A stretch of DNA of 60,461 nucleotides from an uncultured delta proteobacterium (GTDB taxonomy: Bacteria > Desulfobacterota > Syntrophia > Syntrophales > UBA2185), in contig CAVOID010000001.1 of assembly GCA_963695875.1 (NCBI GenBank), forward strand, positions 1 to 60,461, given 5' to 3'. The notes beneath the pieces were generated by a model that was given only the letters and a program-made list of their open reading frames with translations, searched no databases and was not told the DNA's origin. Positions within the stretch are counted from its first letter, which is position 1. Each line of letters starts with the position of its first letter. The position numbers and the translations under genes are program-made. Positions 1 through 12,092 of this stretch are shown one piece after another.

Positions 1-268
1 AGATGATCCCATTCTGCTCCGCGGTTCAAAAGGAGTGAAAGTACGATTTCCCATAGATTTCCTAGAATTCAAAACGTGGAGTATGGCTTGACAGGGGAGG
101 TAGTTTTTCGCGGTAAAATCATATCGCCTTAAAAATGACTGGACCGATGCTAAATTTTTGTTATAGGAACACAAAACAGAGCACAACTCGTAGAACGGTC
201 ATTAGAATGCGAAATCCGGTTTCCCGAACCATGAATGTAACTATTAGAGAAGTTGTGAGATTAGGCCA

Positions 269-1313
269 TTACAGCCCATAGAGAGCCTGTGGGTTGTCTC
301 CGAAGATCTTATCGATCGACGTAGCAGCGACCTTCCCGTCCGCTTTGAGTTTCCTCAGCGCGTTGATCTCCGTGGCGGTATCGTTATGGCCGTAGTCCGT
401 TCCTATGACTAAATGGTCATCGCCCACGTGTTCTAGAATATAGGGCAGGTCATCGCTCGTCTGGCAGGCGACATAGATATGATTCTCCTTGAGGAGTTCC
501 TTGTCGGACCAAGTCTTCCCTTGCCTACGGATGCCGATCTCCATGTGGTTCATCACGTAGGGAAGCCACTCGGCGCTGACCTCGACAAAAGCCCAACGTA
601 AGTCTGGAAATTTTTGCGGCAGCCGAGTGCCGATAAGACTGGCGAACAAATTGATCGGGCCGAACTTGAATTGGGCGAGACTGGCGCCCCGGCCAAAGAT
701 GTCGAACATCTCCAAGTTTCCCTGGGACGCATGCACGCAGATCGGCATCCCCAACCGGCTTGCCTCTTCGTACAGAGGAAAAAAATAGGGGTCGGTGGGA
801 AGCTTTTCCCCTTCCACTCCGCGTATAAAAACACCGCAGGCGCCGTTCTGTTTGCCGAAGTTCAACTCTTCGATGGCTTTGTCCATGTAGTGCAGCGGCG
901 GAATCACCACCCAGCGCAGCCGACCTTTGCCGGCCTGCCAAATATCCGCGAGCCAGCGGTTGTAACTTTTGCATAGCGCCGCATCGACGTGCGGCAAGGC
1001 TGTCATCATTCTTAGAAACAGGCTCGGATAAAGCACCTGAACGTCCACGCCGAGATCATCCATGTGGGCGAGCCGGGCTTCTATATCCGCCGCCTCGCGC
1101 TTTCTCTTTGGGGATGTCAAAACCGATGTTGCCGTCCTTCGCAAACACCCGACCGCCGATCATCCAGTATTCGCCTGCCCTCTGGCCCGAAGGCTTCTGT
1201 GCCGCGTCTTTAAACACCATGACGCGCGGCCTAAAGGCCATCTCGCTTTCATCCATGTACTCCCAGGTTCGCTCCCACTCGACGACATGCGCGTCAGCAT
1301 CGATCACCGCCAT
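269..1313 (-). CDS. Amidohydrolase_2-family metallohydrolase/decarboxylase (split by a frameshift near 1100)
   Basis: ORF 1056-1313 begins IDADAHVVE (metal-binding DxH); ORF 269-1144 has GVDVQVLYPS, PICVH and a C-terminal GTDYGH. Confidence 0.85.
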
Positions 1314-1481
1314 CGGCTCACTCCTTCTTTCTCATGGATTTACAACCACACTGTTAGGGCGGCGCGACCCATGCTGTCAAGAGGACCGCGGGCCACGCGC
1401 TTCCTTTTCGCGCAGTTATGTGGTGAATAAAGTGCTCGTCTTTTATCGTTTTCGTTAGTCGGCTCTTGCTCCAACGGGTAT

Positions 1482-1659
1482 TATTCGCGATTCGTAATTC
1501 GTACCCCCCGGTCCTTCGCGTTTTCGTAATTCGTATTTCGTAAAGTCCTAGCCGGTGACTGTCAGGAATCCCCGCGCGGCTTTAAGTAGGTAAAGAAAGC
1601 AGCTTACGAATTACGAAGAGAAGTATCTTCTGAGGTGTACGAACTACGAAATACGAATA
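1482..1659. repeat. Nested inverted repeats built from TTCGTAA-like heptamers
   Basis: 1482-1504 pairs with 1637-1659 (19/23); 1523-1535 pairs perfectly with 1605-1617 (13 bp). Confidence 0.8.
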
Positions 1660-1833
1660 GCCGTGCCTATCCAAATTCATTCATCGCCCGAATCTATACG
1701 CCTTAGACGGTCATTGCACCCTCACGGATTTCTGGGGTATAGGTCTGCTAACTCTGACGTACTGCAACGAGGCAAGGTTACCACGTGGCGTGTGGACGTT
1801 CTGTTACACGGCAAGGTCTGTGGAGCCGAACCT

Positions 1834-2205
1834 ATGGTGCAAAATAACCTGCGACCGTTCTCCGGATGGTGGCAAGAGATTATAAAACTGCTAGTGGCAA
1901 CGGGAGGGCTGCTGCTTTTACTGCTAGGAGCCGAGTTACTCCTGTTGAAACACATTGACCAATTGAAATACATCCACCAAACTCCCGCTTGGACAACAAT
2001 CTTGTTGTTGAGAGCTGTAAGGTGGATGAGTTTAGCAACGATTTCAGTTTGCGTTCTGGACACGATTATTTCCCGCGCAACGGTGGCATTTTATAAGTCT
2101 AGGTCGGATTATTTCATCGAAACTGCCTCCTTAACTGAATCGATTCCCCGTGATCGGAAGAAATCACGCGCCTTATGGCAATACGGACACCAACTGGTGC
2201 CATAG
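1834..2205 (+). CDS. Small hypothetical membrane protein, reading through the ~2135 junction
   Basis: ATG at 1834 after GGAG; two hydrophobic segments; the 3' part overlaps the antisense glutaredoxin gene. Confidence 0.35.
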   Translation: MVQNNLRPFSGWWQEIIKLLVATGGLLLLLLGAELLLLKHIDQLKYIHQTPAWTTILLLRAVRWMSLATISVCVLDTIISRATVAFYKSRSDYFIETASLTESIPRDRKKSRALWQYGHQLVP

Positions 2206-2513
2206 AGGATGACCTCGGGGTTCTTCTTTGTTTCAAGAGATGGTTTTGATTCTTGCTTGATTACATCTGCTGCGGGTTCGGAATTCTGGCGGTCTTGAGG
2301 AATGTCTCTGTATATTTCTATTTCTCCGGGTGATTTGGTATTCGGCGGTGGTGAATCTGTTATCTGGGTTTCCCCATTTTCATCAACCCATCTGTACATC
2401 TCGGCTGCTGACGCGCCGCACAGATACAATAACAATGCTGATAGAGTAAAGATAAATGTAATTATTCCTTTCATTCTTCTGGCTGGAGCTGTTGTTTTAA
2501 TTCCTGGTTGCAT
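2109..2513 (-). pseudogene. Secreted DUF4124 plus glutaredoxin protein, C-terminally truncated
   Basis: Signal peptide, MYRWVDENG...TDSPP (DUF4124) and WCPYC; similarity is lost after RSRGID and a stop follows 9 residues later. Confidence 0.75.
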
Positions 2514-2541
2514 AGGTGTCCTCCGATCCTCTCCTTAGTAA

Positions 2542-4188
2542 TTATTTAAACATCGATGCCTTCATCGTTCCCGAACTGAACACGTTCGGATCGACCATGA
2601 CGTTGACCAGGGATGGTTTCCCTGAACCGCGGGCCCGTTCGAGGGCAGGGATGATTTGAGAGGGTTCGGTGACATGTTCGCCGTGCCCGCCCATGGCCTC
2701 TACGATGCGATCATAACGCAGGGGACTCAGGATATTTGCCACATCGCCCTTCGTCCGGCCGTATCTTTCAATTTGTCCGTAGCGCACCTGGTTCCATGCG
2801 GCGTTGTTTGCTACAATACCTATCACGGGCATATTGAAGCGAATAAGGGTGTCATAGTCGAAACCAGTCAGACCAAAGGCGCCGTCGCCAAAGAGGACGA
2901 TTACCTCGGTATCGGGCAGGGCCGCTTTAGCGGCAATGGCAAATGGTGTTCCGACACCCAGGGTGCCGAGAGGTCCCGGATCGAGCCAGTGTCCCGGTTC
3001 ACAGGGTGTTACTACGCTCGCGGACATTGTGACCACATCCCCGCCGTCGGCGATGAAGATGGCATCCTCTCGCATGAATTCATTAATCTCCCGGGCAAGG
3101 CGCAGGGGGTGGATAGGGACAGCATCGGAGTCAAAAAATGGTCTGTCTTTTTCCGGACATCATTTTCAATTCGACATAGTTCATCACACCATGAACTCGC
3201 TTTGTGCAGGTTAGAGATGGCGGCGGTTAACTGTGCGAGAACTGCCTTCATGTCACCCTGTATGCCGATATCGATATCCCGGTTGTGTCCAAGTTCGCCG
3301 TAGTCCAGATCGACCTGAATTACCTTCGCATTCACGGAGATGCGTTTTCCGTAGGCAAGCCGGAAATCAAAGGGGGTGCCGATAACCATCACCACATCAG
3401 CCTGGGAAAGTGCATGTCTTCGCGACCGGGTCATGAACGTAGGACAATCTCCGGAAAGGCATCCCCGTGCGGCTCCATTGAGGTAGGTAGGGATGCGGGT
3501 TTTTTCGACGAAGGATGAGAGCTCTTCGTCTGCGCGGCAGTGCCAGACCTGGGTGCCCGCGAGTATTGCCGGACGCTCCGCACGGTTCAAGCAATGCGGC
3601 AGCCTGTTCGATCAGCGCGGGGTCACCGTGCAGGCGTCCCTCTGAACGGCAGTATGCGGGAAAGATGACATCATTCTTATCCACGGCGGTATCAAGAACG
3701 TCCATGGGAATTTCAAGAAAGGCAGGCCCGGGACGGCCATTGTATGCTTCTCTGAGGGCGGAAGTGATAAATTCGGGTATTCTTTCCGTATTCAAGAAGG
3801 ACGTTGATATCTTGGTGATTGGCTTCATGAGAGAAACGTGGTCGAGTTCCTGCAAGCCGCCTTTCAGAAGCTGGCTGCGTGGAGCCTGGCCGCCTATACG
3901 GAGCATGGGAGTTTGGTTTCGAAAGGCGTTGGCAATACCTGTCACCGCGTCCGTCACGCCGGGGCCGGCGGTGACAACGGCCACACCGGGAATGCCGGTG
4001 AGCCTTGTCCAGGCCTCGGCCGCATGAGCTGCCGTCTGCTCGTGCCGCACGTCTATGATCCGGATGCCTTCATCCAGGCAGCCGTTGTATATATCGATAA
4101 TGTGGACACCGCAGAGTGTAAATATGGTTGTCACACCCGCCTGCTTCAGAGTCCTTGCCACCAGTTGACCGCCCGTGATCTGCACCAT
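2542..4188 (-). CDS. ThDP-dependent enzyme (acetolactate synthase / 2-hydroxyacyl-CoA lyase-like), two frameshifts
   Basis: RHEQTAAHAA and TAGPG at the N-terminus; GDGAFG...NN ThDP motif; three consecutive ORFs. Confidence 0.85.
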
Positions 4189-4253
4189 TTTCCGTTCCTC
4201 CTTCTATAGCAGCACCTTTCTTGTTGTGAGTATACGGTAAGGTAATCTATGTG

Positions 4254-6436
4254 TCAAACAATTACCTTCAGACCAGAAGAAGAGAAAATGCGGCAAGCAG
4301 AAGCATTCCCCGTGTGGTGACATCCATGCCCGACTAAGGGGATCAAGATCAGACTGCCGAGCAGAGAACCGAGGCATCCACCGATGAGGTCTGCGGAGTA
4401 TAGCGGTGAAATTACGTTTTTCTGGTCTTCAATTTCATGAAGGCTGGCGTAGGCAAAAATACCGGCGACTAAAAAACCCGTTGCCGCCAGGAACCATGAA
4501 ATCTGGACTAAACTGGCGGAGGTGCTCATTGTTACTTTCAGTTGCCATTACATGCGCACAAAAGGCAAAATCCGACGAGCAGGCCGACACCATACCATCG
4601 TGAGGAGTTTTTGATTGTCAACCGTCCGGACCATCACTCTGTTGATGATCATTGCACCCAGAGCAAGACCTGCCATGAAACTCATCAGGAGCAGTCCTAT
4701 ATCCTGATAGAGTACCCCGTGTTTTACCTGATAATAAAGGATGAGGATTGTTTCCAGAACCATCCCCAGAAAGCCCGCGACGGCGACCAGCAAAATACGG
4801 CGGCAGTGCCGGCAAGAAGCGGCTGAACAAAAAAGATGAGGGGCAGACTGATCCACAACAACAATGATAAAGGAGGTTTAAACAAAACCTTATCCATGAT
4901 TGAAGATGGATCAACAAGGGCGATGCGCGGGAAAAACTTCGACAACCAGATCATGAAGGCATACTGATAACAAACCGGTCTGATGTCGGTATTGGGAAGT
5001 GCCTTTTCTTTCTTGAGCAAATCCCTGATTTCGAAAAATCTGTCGTTTGTAAAAAGGTACTTGATGTAATTCGATGAAATTAATCTTGTCACTATTTTCC
5101 GGTCCTGTAACCGGCGGGACATGACTTCCGGTGTGCGCGGCAGCGGTTCACGAGAGGCGGTCACAATGTTCGTTGTTCCCGGAAGAAACAGCACCTCAGG
5201 AAAGACAGATTGCAGAGCACTATAGATACTCGCGGTGCGGCGGATCAGCGGCATTGTCCATAGATTTTCAGCCGAGCGGAGCCTGAAGCCCAGAATCCCC
5301 CCTGGATTCAGTTTTGCGGAACATTGTTCGAAAAACTCCTGCGTGTAGAAGCGGTTTGCCTGGCCCGATGTCGGTTCCGGCATGCCGACCAGGATGAGAT
5401 CGTATGTGCCGCTCTCTTTAAGATATTGTCGGGGGTCGGCAAATATAATATGGACGTTCGGTTCTCTAAGTGACTTCCGGATGTCATCAGGAAGATATCG
5501 TGTCACCAAGTTCAGCATGACGGGGTTAAGTTCGACATAATCAATTCGCTTTGGCCTGTATTTCGCCATTTCTCTGACGATTCCTTCAATTCCGCCCCCC
5601 AGAATCAGCACGTGCTGTGGATTTGGGTGCTGGAGGGCTGCTAAATGGCAGAAGTACTCGGCTTCGGTTCCCTCAGTCTCAAATGCCAGGGCGTCATTTT
5701 CAAAAACGGAAATCTGATTGTACAGCCGCGTCACAGTAATTCTGCCATAAGGAGAATCACTGCTTTCCAAAAGATTCGGGTGATTCCATACGGTCATCTG
5801 GCGATCCAGAGGGGATGTCTTCCAGAGGAGCGCCAGAAAGATACAAGCTAAAACAATTGCTGTCCAGCGGAGAAGCGATGTCCTGAATCCCCTTAAAACG
5901 ACCAAGGGTGTTATGACTGAGGCAAGAGCACACACAAACGCTATAGAGCAATTCTGGAGTCCCCATATGAGAAAAAGGGTGGAAAACAATCCGCCAATTA
6001 ATCCGCCCGCACTTTCGATAGCATAGGCGACGGCCAGCGTCCTGCCTGTTGTCACGTATACCTTTGCAGTCCACTGGAATAAGAGACCGGACAACAACCC
6101 CGCGGGGAGGACGGAAATGACTACAACAATTAATTGCTGAAGAAAGGTAAGATATGCGCCGGGTACGCCGCCAAAGAGGAGACGACTGGAACGGATGAAC
6201 ACAATATCCAGGGGAAGGGCGATTCCGAAGATGATAAAAAGTAACGCAATGTGGTTAAGGGATGGAAGATGAATCCGGCGTCCGATGACTGCGCCTACAG
6301 CAGTCCAGAATAACCATATTCCCAGGGCCAGGAGGTAAATCAATTCAACCCCGTAGAAGGAAACATTCAATTCCCGGAGCAGGACAACCTGCCCCAGAAT
6401 TGAAATCAGCCCGATGGAGAGGAGTGAAATGGTCAT
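4254..6436 (-). CDS. Multi-pass membrane protein fused to a spermidine-synthase-like SAM domain (frameshifted C-terminus)
   Basis: N-terminal TM block, DSPYGRI, VLILGGG, YVELNP, DPRQYL, NRFYTQEFF; C-terminal TM ORFs end with LYSADLIGGCLG. Confidence 0.8.
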
Positions 6437-6441
6437 GTAGG

Positions 6442-7987
6442 TTATTTGAATTCGGATTCGCTAAATACTACGGCCTGAAAAGTTGACAATTGGGCTCCCT
6501 CTTTCCAGCATCCCGCCGTCCAAGCCCGGCTTTCAGGCAAAGATTATCCAGCATTTCTTCACGATTCCATCCTTGTTCCGTTGCTACTTGAGGAAGGAAA
6601 ACGGCGGAATGGCCCTCTTTGCTGAGCAAGACGCCATCCCTGCCGACAACAATATCGGCGGCACCGGCTACCTGTTTCATCGGTGTCAGCACGGATATTT
6701 CTATTTCGATATCGTTGAGTTCATCGGCGGTTAACGGGCTAAACCGTCTGTCATTAAAGGCTGCCTGAATCGCCATGGCACCGACAAGCTTGCAGAGGGG
6801 CTCATCTCCGATTATCCGGCCGATGCAGCCGCGAAGTTCGCCCTTTTTCTTGAGCGTCACAAAAACTCCCCGCGGCTGTTGCAGATTCGAATTAAAACCC
6901 CTGGCCAACGGAACCGTATCCGTCAAAAAAACTCGGGATATGGTTTTCCTGGCAAAGGCAAGCAGGGCCTTTTTATCGGATGACCGGAGCGGGGCGGATA
7001 CGGGAGGCGGTATCGGCTGATCGGATATGCCTGCTGTTTTTTCCCTCTCCTTCCGCAGTTAATACAACCGCGCCATATCCTACAACCCGCGAGCGATCAC
7101 CGATAGACACATCTCCTGAATTGGCATAGCTGATAACCTCTCCGCGGGTGGCGCCCAAAGATTTGGCTGCTGCCATTGCCGCCATGATCGGGGCCTCTCC
7201 GCAAGCACTCGTATAAAGGTTTGGGAATATGTCTATCCGTATGCGCCTGTACAGTTGTGCGAAATACGGCGGGATCTAAGCTTTGCAATGGCCGCGAGAG
7301 TCTCCCTGTCCACGATGTTTGCATCTTCCGCAGCCGGATAGTGGGAGAGATCGGAACTCGCGACAATCAATGCCCGCTTGTTTTTCAAAACCTTCGCCAG
7401 AGCCTGGCCGAAGCGAGTGCATATCTGCATATCCGGTGAACCGACAACAACGGGGACAATCTTTGCTTTGGGAAAGACGACCTGGATAAAGGGCACCATC
7501 ACTTCGACGGAATGCTCACATTCATGGAGTGATTTATCCAAAGTACAATCGGTTGGATCTTCTTTCATAAGCGAGGAGATAACATTCTTTTCAACCGGTG
7601 CCGTACCGAGGGGGGTGCGAAAACCGTCGCCCGGATAGAGCGAAATTTTCTGAAAATTAGAGCTTGTATGGTTTGTTCCCAGGATGACGATCACATCGTA
7701 CTTCTGATTGACTGACCTGCTTGAATCCATCGGCGCAAATCTGACCGGAGAATATGTAGCCGGCATGGGGGACGATGATGGCAACGGGTTTCTTAACTTT
7801 GACAGGAACCGCATCCTGAAGGAATTTTTCGATGGCGAGTTTCAGCTTGGCCGCGGAGTCAGGATAGAACTTTCCCGCGACAGCAGGTTCACGAACATCA
7901 GTAATCCGACGCTTTATTCGCCTGACATGCTGCGGCAAAACAAAGACTGATGACAAGCAGCGTAAGGCTCAATCGCAGTATTTTCAT
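6442..7987 (-). CDS. amrB: AmmeMemoRadiSam protein B (MEMO1) - protein A (AMMECR1) fusion, several frameshifts
   Basis: REPAVAGKFYP, PHAGYIFSG, EHSVEV, ASSDLSHY and RVVGYG (MEMO1), then GVFVTL..LRGCIG, DRRF and FLPQVA (AMMECR1); ATG 7987, stop 6442. Confidence 0.85.
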
Positions 7988-8003
7988 TTTCAGTGACCTC
8001 TCT

Positions 8004-9243
8004 CTATACCCACACACCGGCAATCTTCCGTCTGCAGAATTTACAGCGCCCATCCTTTATGTTCATCTCTGTTATAAAAAATCCCTGCCGCTCTATCACA
8101 ACCTTTTTGCAATTCGGACAGTAGGTGTGATTCCCCGGATGGCTCGGCACATTCCCCACATATGGATAATGCATCCCTTTACTTAGGGCCATGTCACGGG
8201 CGCGTTCCAGGGTGGCGACAGGCGTGGGAGGGAGATTGAGCAGTTGGTAATCGGGATGAAAACGGGTGAAGTGAACAGGGACATCGGGACCGACTTCTCC
8301 CAATATCCAGTCTATCAGCTCCTGTAGCATCTTGTCTGAATCATTTAATGTGGGTACAACCAGGTTGACAATTTCAAGATGGACACGGCTCTTCGCTATC
8401 TGTTTGATGCTTCTGAGGACGGGTCGCAGTTCTGCCCCGCATACAGTACGATAAAAATCCTCGCTGTATCCCTTCAGGTCGATCTTGATGGCGTCAAGCA
8501 CCTTGCACATTTCCGCAAGAGGCGCCTCGTTCATGAATCCGCAGCTTATCAATACGGAACGAATGCCTTGCTTTTTCGCATCCCGGGCGATGTCGGTCAG
8601 ATATTCCGTGAAGACCGTTGGTTCATTATAAGTAAAGGCAATAACAGGCGCCTTGCTGGCATGTGCGGCATCGACGATCTTGGCAGGCGGTGTAAATGAA
8701 ACCTGATGATCTTCCGGTGATGCCTGAGAGATTTCCCAGTTTTGACAGAACTTGCACTTGAGCGGACATCCGGCGGTGGCAAGGGAGATATGCCGCAGCC
8801 CCCGGCAGGTAATGATAAAAGGGTTTCTTTTCGATCGGGTCAACATGGATGGATACGGGGCGGCCATAGACGAGGCTGCGCAGTTCTCCGTTGACATTCA
8901 TGCGCGTCCGGCACTTTCCCCGTTGACCGTTCGCAATAACGCAACCTTGGGCGCAAAGCAGGCATTTGACGATGGTTTCCTTATGGAGATAGCTCTTGCC
9001 TTTTATATTGTCCAGATTATGGCATGAGCGACAATTGGCACCTGGTGACGTGGGCGAAGTCCAGTAACGGGCCCTGGGAGCTGATCGGACAAGTTCGTCT
9101 AAATAAGTACCTCCGAAGGCAAGACCCGAATCTCCGCCGATCAAAAACCTCTGCCAGAAAGGATCGGACAGAATCATGCCGGCACCGCCAAGTATCGGGG
9201 CAAGTCTTGCAAGTGTTGCTAAAAAATCACGTCTTGAAATCAT
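8004..9243 (-). CDS. amrS: AmmeMemoRadiSam radical SAM enzyme (one frameshift near 8790)
   Basis: VDPIEKKPFYH, TAGCPLKCKFCQNW (CxxxCxxC), FTYNEP, HFTRFHPDY, YVGNV and C-terminal CxxC pairs. Confidence 0.9.
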
Positions 9244-9445
9244 GATGTCTTTAAGAGATTTCTCCTTGTAGAACAGGTATTACGCCAGTCTCAGTATAAG
9301 TATAAGAGAAATGAGTGCGGTAAGTCAATGGGAAGAAATGAAATCTAATCATATTGACGAAAGGGGCAGGGAAAATGTATAGTGCAAATAATTAGAGCGA
9401 ACCCACATAGGTCTTAGTGTTTTATGGGGCATCAAGATATGTACA

Positions 9446-9511
9446 GTCATTTCCTCGAAAGAGGGGATCCAGGAGTCAAAAGACTGGGCTTACGCCTTCG
9501 CGGGAGTTTCA
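9446..9511. repeat. Degenerate GTCATT...ATCCAG / CTGG...GGGA palindromic repeat pair
   Basis: GTCATTTCCTCGAAAGAGGGGATCCAG followed by CTGGGCTTACGCCTTCGCGGGAG; dRS3/REP-like layout. Confidence 0.6.
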
Positions 9512-9533
9512 TTTAAACGTTATTTTCAAAGTA

Positions 9534-10338
9534 ATGGCAAAATTTTCCGATACGGTAACATTTATTACGGGGGCCTCGTCAGGTATCGGGGCAGCCTTGA
9601 CGCTGGAGATTGCGCACCAGGGCGGTGATGTCGTACTGGTTGCGCGTCGCCAGGAACGATTGCAGGAACTTATCCGGAAGATTGAATCGATGGAGCGGCG
9701 TGCGCTTGCGGTACCATGCGACGTTAGCAGTGATGATGACCTGAAACGTGCCGTGGAAAAGACAAAAGATGAATTTGGCCGTATCGACTATGTCGTTGCC
9801 AATGCGGGTTTTGGTGTCGCCGGTCTCTTTGAAAAGTTGACTGTTGACGACTTCCGGCGCCAGTTCGAGACGAATGTGTTCGGCGTTTTGAAGACTATTT
9901 ATGCGACACGGGAATGCCTCGTCGCATCCCGTGGATGTCTCGGAATCATCGGCAGCATCAATGGATACATCGCAACCCCCCGTCTCTCAGCCTACTCAAT
10001 GAGTAAATTCGCCATCCATGGGCTTGCCGAATCGCTGTTGGTACGAGTTCCGGCCCCATGGTGTTGGCGTTGTACTGATTGTTCCCGGCTATGTACGGAC
10101 GGAGATCCGCCAGGTTGATAAATGGGGTGTACATCATCCTGAAATGCAGGACCGCGTGCCTGCCTGGCTGCAGATTTCATGCGAGGATGCTGCGCGACAG
10201 ATAGCACAGGCGCTGTACAGGCGCCAGCGGATAAAGGTGATCACCGGACATGGAAAGTGCGCCGTATTCCTGCAGCGTCACTGTCCGGGGCTCCTGTTTG
10301 GGATTGTATCCAGGCTGAGTGCCAAAAGGATTATTTGA
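9534..10338 (+). CDS. Short-chain dehydrogenase/reductase (frameshift near 10040)
   Basis: TGASSGIG, ANAG and YSMSK motifs. Confidence 0.88.
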
Positions 10339-10373
10339 TTTTCAAAAGGGAAATCTTTAGTATTTTCTCTGAT

Positions 10374-12092
10374 TCACCTTTTGAAAAAGGCCAGGACCTT
10401 TTCAACAGACATACAGTTCAGGATATGCTGAGGCTGGCACCAGCCGCGGCGGGCGATACCGATACCGAAGCGCATCAATTTCAACTGGCCTGCAATGTGG
10501 GAATCCGTCCCGATAGCAAGCATGATCCCCTGTTCCCGTGCACGGTGGATATGAATGTCCTTGAGATCGAGGCGGCTCGGCATGGCATTGATCTCCAGGG
10601 CTTTTTTGTGTTTGGCTGCTGCATTGAAGACAGCTTCCATATCGACAGCTGTCGGTTCCCGCTCTCCTATGAGGCGGCTTGTCGGGTGGGCAATAATATC
10701 GACATGAGGGTTCTCAATCGCCTTGAGGATACGCCGTGTGATCCGCTCCTCGTTCTGGTTGAACGATGTATGGACAGCGGCAACGACGATATCGAGCTCG
10801 GCCAGCATGTGATCGGGCATGTCAATAGAACCATCGGCTCTGATGTCAACTTCCATACCGCAAAGGATGCGAAAGCCTTTGAATCGGCGATTGATACTGC
10901 GGATTTCCTCGATCTGCTTTTTTAAGCGTTCCTCAGTTAAGCCGTGCGCTATGCCGAGTCCGCTGGAATGGTCGGTGATCGCGATATATTTGTAGCCTTC
11001 ATCCTTTGCGGCGATGGCCATCTCTTCAATGGAGTTATTGCCGTCGCTCCATTTTGAATGTGCATGAAAGTCGCCCCGAATGTCCTGAAGATCGACGAGT
11101 CGAGGGATGGCGTGTTCTTCCGCCAATTCAATTTCCCCCTGATCCTCCCTTATTTCCGGGGGGATATATTGCATTCCTAGGCGCCGGTAAAAGGCCTCTT
11201 CTGTAGCAAATTTTTCCAGTTTGTCTGTGGCGACATCCGTGATTCCGTATTCGCTGAGTTTAAGCCCCTTCTTTTGATATTTGGTTCTGAGAGCGATGTT
11301 GTGCTGTTTGCTTCCCGTGAAATACTGAAGGAGCGACCCGAATTCATCATGCTCGACCATTCTTAAGTCAGCCTGGAGTCCCGGGGATAGGATGACACTA
11401 GCCTTCGTCGGCCCTTTGGCAAGTACTTCCTTTACAAGGGGCAGGGCGACGAATTCGTTGATTACCATCTCCGGATTGTTGGCGGTTCCCATGATATCTA
11501 TGTCGCCTACGGTTTCCCGGAAACGTCTCAGGCTTCCTGCAGGAGTCATGTTTTTAACTCCCGGAAGGACACGCAGATTATTCAATACATCCTCCACTAT
11601 CGGCAGGGCTTGCCCGATAGGTATACGCTGATCCTTGCGGCGCGTAGCTTGGATCTGGTGGAGTAGGTTCTGTGCAGTCTTGTCGCCCATCCTGAAGAGA
11701 TGAGCGACTTTTCCCTCCATTATAGCCTGTTCGAGCTCTTCGGCGGAGCTTATCTTCAACTCGGTTGCCAGCCTGTGTGCCTTTTTCGGCCCGATGCCGG
11801 GGATTTCTAGAAGTCTTGTTATGCCCTCGGGGAATTCATCCTTCAGGGCTTCGTAGGCTTTGAGCTTTCCGGTTGTTATCAGTTCCGTGCTCTTTTTCGC
11901 TATTGCCTCACCGACGCCGGGGATTTTTTGAAAGTCTTCCCCCTGTTCCAGCATGACCGCCATTTCTTTGGGAAGATGTTCGATAACTTGTGCGGCCCGC
12001 CGGTAAGCCCTTATTTTAAAAATATTATCCTCCTTCAGTTCGAGTAGATCGGACATGTCCTGAAACACTCTGGCGATTTCCGAGTTCTTCAT
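10374..12092 (-). CDS. polX: DNA polymerase X with PHP domain
   Basis: HhH motifs, GSLRR..GDIDI, YFTGSKQHN, HAHSKWSDG, TDHS, GTDSH. Confidence 0.95.
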   Translation of the reverse strand: MKNSEIARVFQDMSDLLELKEDNIFKIRAYRRAAQVIEHLPKEMAVMLEQGEDFQKIPGVGEAIAKKSTELITTGKLKAYEALKDEFPEGITRLLEIPGIGPKKAHRLATELKISSAEELEQAIMEGKVAHLFRMGDKTAQNLLHQIQATRRKDQRIPIGQALPIVEDVLNNLRVLPGVKNMTPAGSLRRFRETVGDIDIMGTANNPEMVINEFVALPLVKEVLAKGPTKASVILSPGLQADLRMVEHDEFGSLLQYFTGSKQHNIALRTKYQKKGLKLSEYGITDVATDKLEKFATEEAFYRRLGMQYIPPEIREDQGEIELAEEHAIPRLVDLQDIRGDFHAHSKWSDGNNSIEEMAIAAKDEGYKYIAITDHSSGLGIAHGLTEERLKKQIEEIRSINRRFKGFRILCGMEVDIRADGSIDMPDHMLAELDIVVAAVHTSFNQNEERITRRILKAIENPHVDIIAHPTSRLIGEREPTAVDMEAVFNAAAKHKKALEINAMPSRLDLKDIHIHRAREQGIMLAIGTDSHIAGQLKLMRFGIGIARRGWCQPQHILNCMSVEKVLAFFKR

